Translations under genes and position numbers: made by a program | Origin: Verrucomicrobiota bacterium | Lineage (GTDB): Bacteria > Verrucomicrobiota > Verrucomicrobiia > Chthoniobacterales > UBA6821 | Length of the DNA stretch: 64,000 nt | NCBI GenBank assembly: GCA_037127835.1 | Contig: JBAXXS010000001.1 | Span: 5,275 to 69,274, forward strand | Direction: 5' to 3' | Shown here: piece by piece, positions 35,318 to 43,649 of the stretch | Position numbering within the stretch: position 1 is the first letter of the stretch | Layout: each line of letters opens with the position of its first letter | The notes under the pieces: model-generated | What the model saw: only the letters and a program-made list of their open reading frames with translations | Database searches by the model: none | Told to the model about the DNA's origin: nothing

Positions 35318-35425
35318 ATGGAACTCAGGAACTCAGAAAAAAAGCAAAGGCAATTTTAGGTGGGAGTGCTGCAATAGTGGCATTCCATTCCGCTGTTTTT
35401 TCATTCCTGAGTTCCTGAGTTCCAT
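35318..35425. repeat. Long-loop inverted repeat, GGAACTCA-type (same family as 649-739)
   Basis: ATGGAACTCAGGAACTCAG (35318-35336) is perfectly complementary to CTGAGTTCCTGAGTTCCAT (35407-35425). The A-run and T-run extend the stem, and the loop is 70 nt. It starts 2 nt after the apaG stop. Confidence 0.85.
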
Positions 35426-35455
35426 ATTCATCCCACTGCATTATAAGTAGGACTG

Positions 35456-37597
35456 ATGCGCGCTGCCTTTCATCATACTCACGAGTACGGAGGATTCCGA
35501 CTGCGTTACGGACATGCCCTTCCTTACGGGGCGAGTCATGTGCCGGGCGGGGTGAATTTCTCGATCTACTCCTCCCACGCCACCTCCTGCACGCTTGTGC
35601 TCTTCCGCAAAGGGGAGTCAGCTCCCTATGCGGAGATCCCTTTCCCCCCGGAGTGTAAGATCGGCGATGTGTACACCATGATTGTCTACGATCTGGACTA
35701 CGAAGAGACAGAATACGGCTTCCGGATGGAAGGACCCTATGATCCGAAGGCCGGAAACCTTTTCGATCCGAAGCGAATTCTGCTCGATCCCTATGCTCGT
35801 GAAATCGGTGGACGCGACGTCTGGCTCTCCCAGCCTCCCGAGGATGAGGTCTATCCGCACCGGGCACGGATGCCCTATGAGGATTTCGACTGGGGGCATG
35901 ACCGCCCGATCAATCTGCCCGTTCAGGATCTGGTAATCTATGAGATGCATGTGCGCGGGTTCACCCGGCATCCTTCCTCAGGTGTCAGGCATCCGGGAAC
36001 CTACGAGGGGATCATCGAGAAGATCCCTTACCTCCAGTCGATCGGCGTGAATTGCGTCGAGTTGATGCCTGTTTTCGAGTTCGACGAGTACGAGAACAAG
36101 AGGATCAATCCCGAGACCGGCAACCGTCTCTGCAACTACTGGGGATACAGCACGGTCGGTTTCTATGCGCCGAAGAGCGGATATGCGGCGACCGGTCACC
36201 ACGGCAACCAGGTCTCCGAGTTTAAGGGCATGATCAAGGCTCTCCATGCCGCCGGCATCTCCGTGATCCTCGACGTTGTCTTTAATCACACAGCCGAGGG
36301 AGATCTGCGCGGGCCTACGATCTCCTTCCGGGGTATCGACAATCAGACCTATTACATGCTCAACCCGGACGGTAGCTACGCGAACTATACCGGCTGCGGC
36401 AACACGCTGAACTGCAATCACCCCGTGGTCCGGTCCTTCGTGCTCGATTGCCTGCACTACTGGGTCTCCGAGTTCCATATCGACGGGTTCCGCTTCGATC
36501 TTGCCTCTGTGCTGGGCCGCGATCGCAATGGCCATCCTCTTGCCAATCCTCCCCTGCTCGAGGCCCTAGCCCTTGACCCTATCCTGGCGGGCTGCGATCT
36601 CATTGCCGAGGCTTGGGATGCAGGCGGACTCTACCAGGTTGGGAACTTTCCCTCCTACGGACGATGGATGGAATGGAACGGCCATTTCCGTGATGCGGCG
36701 CGACGTTTCCTGAAAGGGGATTCCGGCGTTGCCGGCGATATGGTGCAGTGCATCCTGGGGTCCCCCGGTCTCTACGCACCATCCGGCAGGAAGCCGACTG
36801 CTTCCGTGAATTTCCTAACCTGCCATGACGGCTTCACCCTGCGTGATCTCTTCACGTACAATGACAAGCACAACCTGGCCAACGGAGAGGAAAACCGCGA
36901 CGGGGCGAATGATAACAACTGCTGGAACTGTGGCGTCGAAGGGGAAACTGACGATCCCGAGGTGAATGCCCTGCGAGCACGGCTCCAGCGCAACGCCATG
37001 GCTTTGCTCTTCCTGAGTCAGGGGGTGCCGATGCTCTCCATGGGCGATGAACTCGGCCGCACCCAAAACGGTAACAATAACGCCTACTGCCACGACGAGG
37101 AGTGGAACTGGCTCGACTGGACTCAGGAGCAAGAGGGAGGGGACGCTGTAGGACTAAAACGTTTTGTAGGCCTGATGGCCGATTTTCGACGACGGCACAG
37201 CCAGTTGCACAGGACTGAATTTTTTACCGGCATGGATGTTCAGGGATGTGGCTATCCCGACATCGGTTGGCATGGAGTGAAGCCGCGCCAGCCTGATTGG
37301 GGTTCTGATAGCCGATCGATAGCCTTCATGATCGCCGGCAAAATGGATGAATCCTACGGCCCGGAGACTGACTTCATCTATGCCGCCCTTAATATGTGGC
37401 ACGAACCCCTTTCTTACGGGCTGCCGAAGCTGCCCTCCGGAATGCGATGGAGTCTTGTGGTTGACACAGCCCGGCCCGCGCCGGACGATTTTTTTGAGCC
37501 GGGCTCCGAGCAACTCATCGCCGATCAGTCCTCTATTACTCTAACCGAGCGCTCTGTGATCGTCTTGATCGGCAACAGATCAGGACGGTTGGGGTAG
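35456..37597 (+). CDS. glgX: Glycogen debranching enzyme GlgX (GH13)
   Basis: 713 aa with the GH13 conserved regions (DVVFNHT, GFRFDLAS, AEAWD, FLTCHDGFTL) and an N-terminal CBM48-like region. Confidence 0.9.
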   Translation: MRAAFHHTHEYGGFRLRYGHALPYGASHVPGGVNFSIYSSHATSCTLVLFRKGESAPYAEIPFPPECKIGDVYTMIVYDLDYEETEYGFRMEGPYDPKAGNLFDPKRILLDPYAREIGGRDVWLSQPPEDEVYPHRARMPYEDFDWGHDRPINLPVQDLVIYEMHVRGFTRHPSSGVRHPGTYEGIIEKIPYLQSIGVNCVELMPVFEFDEYENKRINPETGNRLCNYWGYSTVGFYAPKSGYAATGHHGNQVSEFKGMIKALHAAGISVILDVVFNHTAEGDLRGPTISFRGIDNQTYYMLNPDGSYANYTGCGNTLNCNHPVVRSFVLDCLHYWVSEFHIDGFRFDLASVLGRDRNGHPLANPPLLEALALDPILAGCDLIAEAWDAGGLYQVGNFPSYGRWMEWNGHFRDAARRFLKGDSGVAGDMVQCILGSPGLYAPSGRKPTASVNFLTCHDGFTLRDLFTYNDKHNLANGEENRDGANDNNCWNCGVEGETDDPEVNALRARLQRNAMALLFLSQGVPMLSMGDELGRTQNGNNNAYCHDEEWNWLDWTQEQEGGDAVGLKRFVGLMADFRRRHSQLHRTEFFTGMDVQGCGYPDIGWHGVKPRQPDWGSDSRSIAFMIAGKMDESYGPETDFIYAALNMWHEPLSYGLPKLPSGMRWSLVVDTARPAPDDFFEPGSEQLIADQSSITLTERSVIVLIGNRSGRLG

Positions 37598-37622
37598 GCT
37601 CGCTTATAACTTTGCTTGAAAT

Positions 37623-37647
37623 AATGCCTGCTTAAGGCATTTTCTTC
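37623..37647 (+). terminator. Candidate rho-independent terminator after glgX
   Basis: AATGCCT-gctta-AGGCATT followed by TTCTTCC. The 7-bp stem is of moderate strength. Confidence 0.4.
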
Positions 37648-37660
37648 CCTCCCACTATGA

Positions 37661-37736
37661 CACCCTATCGTCCAGTGGCCTAGGACACTCCCCTTTCACG
37701 GGAGTAACACGGGTTCGAATCCCGTTAGGGTGGCCA
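37661..37736 (+). tRNA. tRNA-Glu (anticodon UUC), CCA encoded
   Basis: I folded the cloverleaf by hand. Acceptor is CACCCTA/TAGGGTG, D arm GTCC/GGAC, anticodon stem CTCCC/GGGAG with loop CTTTCAC, and T arm ACGGG-TTCGAAT-CCCGT. The discriminator is G followed by CCA. Confidence 0.9.
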
Positions 37737-38008
37737 ACTTTGTTGGCGATCGCCGTAAGGCGAATTCGAACTCGTAGGGTTTGACTGCCATGCTGCGATC
37801 AGCAGCATTTCTCTCTTCCCTAGGGAAACTGCAGAGCCTGCCATTGGCAGGATCATCCCGTTAGGGTGGCCAACTTTGTTGGCGATCGCCGTAAGGCGAA
37901 TTCGAACTCGTAGGGTTTGACTGCCATGCTGCGATCAGCAGCATTTCTCTTTTTCTGTAGGGAAACTGCAGAGCCTGCTTTAGCAGGATCATCCCGTTAG
38001 GGTGGCCA
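37719..38008 (+). repeat. 136-bp tandem repeat (2 full units plus the tRNA copy) in which each unit ends with the last 18 nt of tRNA-Glu
   Basis: ATCCCGTTAGGGTGGCCA occurs at 37719-37736 (in the tRNA), 37855-37872 and 37991-38008, giving an exact 136-bp period. The units are near-identical apart from a few substitutions and indels. Confidence 0.9.
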
Positions 38009-38069
38009 GTTTCTTGGTTAGATGGCGCGAGTGCCTTGACTCAGGGCTAACGTCGGGGAAGATACATGG

Positions 38070-39083
38070 ATGAGTAAGACCCGATTCGGACTTGATCTCC
38101 TACGCAGGATGCGGCGCAACCGCGCCACACCCGCCGTGCGTTCGCTGGTCCGAGAGACCGTTTTGCGTCCCGAGGATCTCATTCAACCTCTCTTTGTCCG
38201 TGCAGGTGAGGGAGTTCCTGAGCCCGTTGAGTCGATGCCCGGAGTGGTCCGGCATACAGTGGAGTCTCTGATCGAGAAGTGCCGTCACCTGGAGCAGGTC
38301 GGAATCAGGGCGATGGCAATTTTTCCTTGCATCGAGGGCTCGAAAAAGAACCCCGAAGGCTCCCATGCCCATGCCGCGGAGAATGTTCTTTTTTTAGCGA
38401 TTCGTGCGGTGAAAGAGGCCTGCCCGGGCTTAGCCATTGTCGCTGATGTGGCTCTCGATCCCTACACCGACCATGGTCATGACGGGTTGCTGGATGCCCG
38501 TGGTGGGGTCGAGAACGATTCCACGGTGGAGGCGCTGAAGAAGTTGGCCGTAGCGCAGGCGGAAGCCGGGGCTGATATCGTCGCCCCCTCTGACATGATG
38601 GATGGGCGAGTGAAGGCGATCCGCATGGCACTGGATGCCGCCGGTTTTCATGAGACTGGGATTCTGGCCTATGCTGCCAAATATGCTTCCGCTTACTACG
38701 GACCGTTCCGGGATGCGCTGAAGGGTGGCGATGGTCAGTCAACCGGCAAGTTGGACAAACGCGGCTACCAGATGGATCCGGGCAATGTGCGTGAGGCCCT
38801 GCATGAGGTGCAACTCGACGAGGAGGAGGGGGCCGACATAGTGATGGTGAAGCCCGCTGGTCCCTACCTCGATATTATCCGTGCTGTGCGTGGGCACACA
38901 CTACTTCCTGTCGCGGCCTATCAGGTCTCCGGCGAATATGCCCAGATCCATGCAGCCGCCCAGTTGGGATGGCTCGACTACGAAGCGACGCGAAATGAAT
39001 CGCTGCTTGCCATCAAGCGAGCCGGCGCCGACATGATCCTGACCTATTTTGCGGCGGAGGTCGCCGCATCGCTGAAACTATGA
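38070..39083 (+). CDS. hemB: Porphobilinogen synthase (delta-aminolevulinate dehydratase)
   Basis: 337 aa, with RRNRATPAVRSLVRET, DVALDPYTDHGHDG, SDMMDGR, VMVKPAGPYLDI and YQVSGEYA. Confidence 0.95.
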   Translation: MSKTRFGLDLLRRMRRNRATPAVRSLVRETVLRPEDLIQPLFVRAGEGVPEPVESMPGVVRHTVESLIEKCRHLEQVGIRAMAIFPCIEGSKKNPEGSHAHAAENVLFLAIRAVKEACPGLAIVADVALDPYTDHGHDGLLDARGGVENDSTVEALKKLAVAQAEAGADIVAPSDMMDGRVKAIRMALDAAGFHETGILAYAAKYASAYYGPFRDALKGGDGQSTGKLDKRGYQMDPGNVREALHEVQLDEEEGADIVMVKPAGPYLDIIRAVRGHTLLPVAAYQVSGEYAQIHAAAQLGWLDYEATRNESLLAIKRAGADMILTYFAAEVAASLKL

Positions 39084-39643
39084 TCAGAAGCCTGAGTCTT
39101 AATTTGGCATCGTTTTCGGCGTTGCTCTGCGGAGTGGTGCTTTTTCTCTCCGGTTGCGCGGACACCCATCATTGCCTGATCGTGAGCGTTCCCGATCAGA
39201 AGATGCTCGTGCTGACCGATGGGAAGCCCCTGGCTCTTTACAAGGTCTCGACTTCGAAATACGGGACGGGTGACTATGAGGGAAGCTATGCCACGCCAGT
39301 CGGTCATCTTTGCATTCGCAAGAAGATCGGTGAGGGCTCTCCGTTGGGGGCTGTCTTTCATTCGCGCAAACCGACGGGGGAGGTTCTTCCGCCGAATGCT
39401 CCCGGACGTGATCCCATTGTGACGCGGATTCTTTGGCTTGATGGTTTGGAAGCGCACAATCGCAATGCATTCGGCCGATGCATCTACATCCATGGCACAC
39501 CCCAGGAGTCACTCCTCGGTACCCCAGCCAGCTACGGGTGCATCCGGATGCGCTCCATCGATGTCAAAACACTCTACGAACTTGTTGGGACGGGCGCCCA
39601 AGTCGTGGTCACTGAAGGGCATCTCAAAGAGACGGGACTTTAA
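39080..39643 (+). CDS. L,D-transpeptidase (YkuD domain), probable lipoprotein
   Basis: It has a lipobox (LFLSGC) and the catalytic motif IHGTPQESLLGTPASYGCIRM. Its start overlaps the hemB stop (ATGA at 39080-39083). Confidence 0.85.
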   Translation: MIRSLSLNLASFSALLCGVVLFLSGCADTHHCLIVSVPDQKMLVLTDGKPLALYKVSTSKYGTGDYEGSYATPVGHLCIRKKIGEGSPLGAVFHSRKPTGEVLPPNAPGRDPIVTRILWLDGLEAHNRNAFGRCIYIHGTPQESLLGTPASYGCIRMRSIDVKTLYELVGTGAQVVVTEGHLKETGL

Positions 39644-39696
39644 AAAAACCACCGGACCGAGTTGACGCGCTGCTCTTATAAGGCCAGCTTATCGTC

Positions 39697-40356
39697 TTGA
39701 GGTATTTTCCCTATCTATTCGCTCTCTTTTCCTTAATCGGATCCCTTCATGTAGAAGGAGATCAGCCTGCGTTGCCCACCACTTCCGGTGATCCTCACCA
39801 CGAGATCATCGTCAGCGTTAAGGATCAGAGGTTGCTCCTGAAGACCGATGGCAAGCCACAGGCCATCTATCCTGTCTCAACATCCCGGTTCGGAATCGGC
39901 GACCGCATAGGGAGCTATGCAACCCCACTGGGGAAGTTTTTAGTCCGCATGAAGATCGGTATGGGCCAACCGCTCGGTGCCGTCTTCCGGTCGCGCATGA
40001 CCACCGGTGAGATACTCAAGCCCAATGCCCCGGGCCGTGATCCGATCGTGACACGCATTCTCTGGCTGGAGGGCACGGAACAGGGAAACAGGAATGCCTT
40101 CAGCCGCGGGATCTATATCCATGGAACCCCGCAGGAAAATCTGCTCGGACGTCCTGCCAGCTTCGGATGCATCCGGATGCGCTCGGTCGATGTGGCGGTT
40201 CTCTGCGACAGGATCTCCACCGGTGCCACCGTACGTATTACGCCGGACCACCTTCCAGCACACGAGTCCCTGCTTGAAAATCTCTTAAATCCCCACGGCC
40301 TCGTAGCGTCGCACTCCCGAGTGCCAGAGCACGCGGGCCAACAGATAACAGAGTAG
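39697..40356 (+). CDS. L,D-transpeptidase (YkuD domain), tandem paralog
   Basis: By eye it is about 60% identical to the preceding protein across the catalytic domain (IHGTPQENLLGRPASFGCIRM). It has a TTG start. The C-terminal 24 codons overlap the convergent permease gene. Confidence 0.8.
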   Translation: MRYFPYLFALFSLIGSLHVEGDQPALPTTSGDPHHEIIVSVKDQRLLLKTDGKPQAIYPVSTSRFGIGDRIGSYATPLGKFLVRMKIGMGQPLGAVFRSRMTTGEILKPNAPGRDPIVTRILWLEGTEQGNRNAFSRGIYIHGTPQENLLGRPASFGCIRMRSVDVAVLCDRISTGATVRITPDHLPAHESLLENLLNPHGLVASHSRVPEHAGQQITE

Positions 40357-41103
40357 CACCCAGGTCGCCTGGATGAGCATTCCCTGCCAGAGTTGCTGGC
40401 CCCTAATCTTTTCCATCAGTACCGCGACCGGGAAGTAGAGCTCGTAGGGGAAGGGGAGTAGTCGCAGGATCGTTCCGGCAACTCCGGGAACCGTGTCGAG
40501 AGGGAAGAGTTTCCCACTCAAGAAATACTCGAAGGAGTAGAGGATGAAGACCACTGTTGAGATCTCCAGAATCCAGAAAGCCAGCATTGCTAGGGCATAG
40601 GCGATCAGAAACTGAATCGCCCCCGCCATAACAAGGCTCACTGCGAAAATTCCCCAAGTGGATGCATGATCGGGCCAGTGCAGGTATTGACGGTACCACC
40701 AGAAGACCGCCACCACCGGCATTAGAGTCACAGCCGTGTAGAGAAGGCGTGATCCGACAAAGATGCAGGAGCGGTAGGCCAGAAAGTCGAACGGCTTGAG
40801 CAGGAAGGAACTGAGCTGGCCCTCCCGGATCTCGGCGGCGATCTGCCACTCGTCCTCCGTGGGCGTGATCAGATTGTCGACCAAGAGAATGATGAGGAAG
40901 TAAAAGACCATCTGTCCTAAATCATACCCTGCGATCGTACCCGAGGTGCCGCCGAAGATTGCCCGCCAGACAAAGACCGTTCCGAAGAGCGGGATCAAGG
41001 CGAAGAGGGAACGGAGAAGGAAATTCCACCGGTAGACAAAGGTGTTTTGAAGGCCGATCGAGAAAATGGCCCGGTATTTATCAAGGATCTGTCGAAACTT
41101 CAT
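40285..41103 (-). CDS. ABC-2-family transporter permease (DUF990-like)
   Basis: 272 aa with 6 TM segments. The N-terminus is FVYRWNFLLRSLFALIPL and the C-terminus is RRYEAVGI, as typical for this family. No ATPase or partner permease is adjacent. Confidence 0.7.
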   Translation of the reverse strand: MKFRQILDKYRAIFSIGLQNTFVYRWNFLLRSLFALIPLFGTVFVWRAIFGGTSGTIAGYDLGQMVFYFLIILLVDNLITPTEDEWQIAAEIREGQLSSFLLKPFDFLAYRSCIFVGSRLLYTAVTLMPVVAVFWWYRQYLHWPDHASTWGIFAVSLVMAGAIQFLIAYALAMLAFWILEISTVVFILYSFEYFLSGKLFPLDTVPGVAGTILRLLPFPYELYFPVAVLMEKIRGQQLWQGMLIQATWVLLCYLLARVLWHSGVRRYEAVGI

Positions 41104-41157
41104 AGTACGGTTTGAAACGCTTTTACAGAAACCCCATTCACGCTTAAACCTTACTCT

Positions 41158-43113
41158 ATGTCGACCCTCCTTGAATCCATCGCTGCGGCCGAAGCCGCCG
41201 GTTCCCTCCTGAAGTCCTCTGCGGAGAACATGCGGACGATGCTCGCGCGCGGATCGTCGCCCCTAGCCGAGGCCGTCATCACGGAGTTGGCGGAAAGCGG
41301 ACTTTGGGAAGAGCTAAACAACCGCTTCTTCCGCGCCATGGCTTTTGGAACAGGCGGTCTCCGCGGCAAGACGATCGGCGAGGTGATCACGAAGGCAGAA
41401 GCCGGCCCGGGTCGTCCGGATGGACGACCCGAGCATGCCTGCATAGGCACGAACGCGATGAATGACTATAATATCTCGCGAGCCACACGCGGGCTTGCCA
41501 CCTATGTGCGCGGGTGGCATGAGCGTGAGAATCGCCCCGGACGCCCCGCGATCGCGATCAGCTATGACACACGCTTCTTCTCCCGGGAATTCGCCGACCT
41601 GGCCGCCAAGGTGATGACTGACCTGGGTTGTGATGCGCTCCTCTTCGAGGGACCACGTTCCACCCCGGAGCTCTCCTTTGCCGTTCGTTACAAGAATGCC
41701 GCCGCCGGCATCAACATCACGGCAAGTCACAATCCCCCGGGCTACAACGGCTACAAGGTCTACTTCGATGACGGAGGGCAGGTGGTCTCGCCGCATGACC
41801 AAGGAATCATCGATCTGGTGAATGCCGGTGACGATTCCTACGAGGCCCTTCCCGAGGCGCAACGCGGTCGGGTGATCAAGATCGGCCGTGAAATCGATGA
41901 GGCTTACATGGAGCGGTTGGAGAAGCTGATCGTTAATCCGGAGCTTTTTCATCGCAAGCCAAAGCTCAAGACCGTCTTCACCCCGCTTCATGGCGTTGGT
42001 GGCGTCATCATCGTCCCGATGCTCCATCGCCTCGGTGTCGAGTGCTGGCCGGTTCCCTCCCAGATGGTGCCGGATGGACTTTTCCCCACGGTCAAGTCAC
42101 CCAACCCCGAGTATCCTGAGGCTCTCAAACTTGGGATGGAACTGGCTGACATCGAGAAAGCCGATCTCGTCCAGGCGACCGACCCCGATGATGACCGTAT
42201 GGGTGTCGCAGCCCGCGATGCCTCCGGCAAGCTGGTCCTGCTCACAGGCAATCAGATCGGTTCGCTCATGGTCTGGTACCGTCTTAAGAGTCTCTTTGAA
42301 AAGGGTATCCTGACCGGGTCCAACCGCGATCATGCCGTCGTGATCAAGAGTCTTGTGACCACGGATCTTCAGAAAGCGATCGCCTTAGGCTTCGGAGTGA
42401 AGTGCGTCGAGACGCTGACGGGATTCAAGTATATCGGTGCCAAGCAACGCGCCTACGAGGAGAAACTACCTGCAGAGATCCAGGCCAACTACCGCAACCT
42501 CTCCGAGGAGGAGACCCGGGAGGCGCGGCTCAAGGAATCCCTCTTTTTTGTCTTTGGTGGAGAGGAAAGTTACGGCTACAACACCGGCGACTTCGTCCGT
42601 GACAAGGATGGCAACGCAGCCGTCATTTGCTTTGCCGAGGTGGCCGCCTTTGCTGCCAGTCAGGGAATCACTGTAGTGACACTGCTCGATCGGATTTACT
42701 CGGAATACGGCTTCTACCTTGAGCGGGGAGAATCGCTCACCTTCGACGGAGCCGAAGGTGCTGCGAAGATCAAGAAGCTGGTCGATTCCTATGCCGGCAA
42801 TCCTCCGGCGGAAATCGCCGGAGCCAAGGTTCTCTCTGTTCTCAACTATGCCACTCAGGATCTCTATGACTCGGAGGGAGAGTTGATTCCGAAGGAGGCG
42901 ATGATCACTTTCGAAACCGAAAGCGGCTGGAAAGTCACAGTGCGTCCCTCCGGTACCGAGCCGAAGATCAAATACTACCTCTACGCCACCGAGAAGCCGG
43001 CTTCCGGCATATTCTCTCCGCAGGAGCTTGCTTCCACTAAACAACACGTCGCGGATGGGTTGGAAAAACTCTGGCAGTGGCTCAAGGCCGATGCCGCGCT
43101 GCGCGCAGCCTGA
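41158..43113 (+). CDS. Phosphoglucomutase/phosphomannomutase-family phosphohexomutase
   Basis: It has the active-site loop TASHNPPGYNGYKVY, metal-binding ATDPDDDRMGV, the sugar-binding GGEESYG and a C-terminal RPSGTEPKIK. Confidence 0.85.
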   Translation: MSTLLESIAAAEAAGSLLKSSAENMRTMLARGSSPLAEAVITELAESGLWEELNNRFFRAMAFGTGGLRGKTIGEVITKAEAGPGRPDGRPEHACIGTNAMNDYNISRATRGLATYVRGWHERENRPGRPAIAISYDTRFFSREFADLAAKVMTDLGCDALLFEGPRSTPELSFAVRYKNAAAGINITASHNPPGYNGYKVYFDDGGQVVSPHDQGIIDLVNAGDDSYEALPEAQRGRVIKIGREIDEAYMERLEKLIVNPELFHRKPKLKTVFTPLHGVGGVIIVPMLHRLGVECWPVPSQMVPDGLFPTVKSPNPEYPEALKLGMELADIEKADLVQATDPDDDRMGVAARDASGKLVLLTGNQIGSLMVWYRLKSLFEKGILTGSNRDHAVVIKSLVTTDLQKAIALGFGVKCVETLTGFKYIGAKQRAYEEKLPAEIQANYRNLSEEETREARLKESLFFVFGGEESYGYNTGDFVRDKDGNAAVICFAEVAAFAASQGITVVTLLDRIYSEYGFYLERGESLTFDGAEGAAKIKKLVDSYAGNPPAEIAGAKVLSVLNYATQDLYDSEGELIPKEAMITFETESGWKVTVRPSGTEPKIKYYLYATEKPASGIFSPQELASTKQHVADGLEKLWQWLKADAALRAA

Positions 43114-43227
43114 TTGGGCATCGGTGATAGGTCATGGGGCATAGGGAAGAAGACGCAAACCATCAACCGAACGGAGCCTCTTTTCTCGCCCAATCTCCCA
43201 GCTCCTAATACCTATTCCCTAAATCCC

Positions 43228-43560
43228 ATGCTGGCCTCCACCACCTTTGACATGCCAGGTTACCGGATCATCGCCCACAAGGGGATGGTTCGGGGTATTG
43301 TTGTGCGCTCTCCGACCATCGCCCAAGGGATCCTTGGAGGTCTCAAAAGCATCATCGGCGGCCGTATCGGGGCCTACACCGAGATGTGCGAGCAGGGTCG
43401 CCAGCATGCCTATGATGCCATGGTCGCTCATGCGGCTGAACTCGGCGCAAACGCCATTATTGGAGTGCGCTACGATGCCTCCGATCTAGGAGCGAATCTC
43501 TCTGCAACCGAGGTCCTCTGCTACGGCACCGCTGTAAGTGTGGAACCTCTAGGTGCGTAG
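43228..43560 (+). CDS. ybjQ: YbjQ-family protein (UPF0145)
   Basis: 110 aa, with [18 protein letters not shown]...[14 protein letters not shown] at 43228 is preferred over the ORF-track start at 43114. Confidence 0.85.
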   Translation: MLASTTFDMPGYRIIAHKGMVRGIVVRSPTIAQGILGGLKSIIGGRIGAYTEMCEQGRQHAYDAMVAHAAELGANAIIGVRYDASDLGANLSATEVLCYGTAVSVEPLGA

Positions 43561-43649
43561 CCAAGCTTCCCTAGTCCTTTTGCTTATTTAAGCAGCGGTA
43601 ACGGGACGCTTCTTGTGTGGTGGTCTGACGGGGTTAGGCTGAATCTGGT

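Noticed and set aside
35325-35867. A 180-aa minus-strand ORF covering the apaG-glgX spacer and the glgX 5' end.
   Set aside because: It is antisense to GlgX, Arg/Pro-rich, and runs through the inverted-repeat element.
37747-37754. A GCGATCGC (HIP1-like) palindrome inside each tandem unit.
   Set aside because: It was seen only within the repeat copies, which is not enough to claim a cyanobacterial-type highly iterated palindrome.
37737-38008. Whether the 136-bp tandem repeat is a CRISPR array or extra tRNA genes.
   Set aside because: The unit is far longer than a CRISPR repeat-spacer period, and the units are near-identical with no variable spacers. The units lack a D arm, a proper 7-nt anticodon loop and the 5' T-stem strand, so they are not intact tRNAs.
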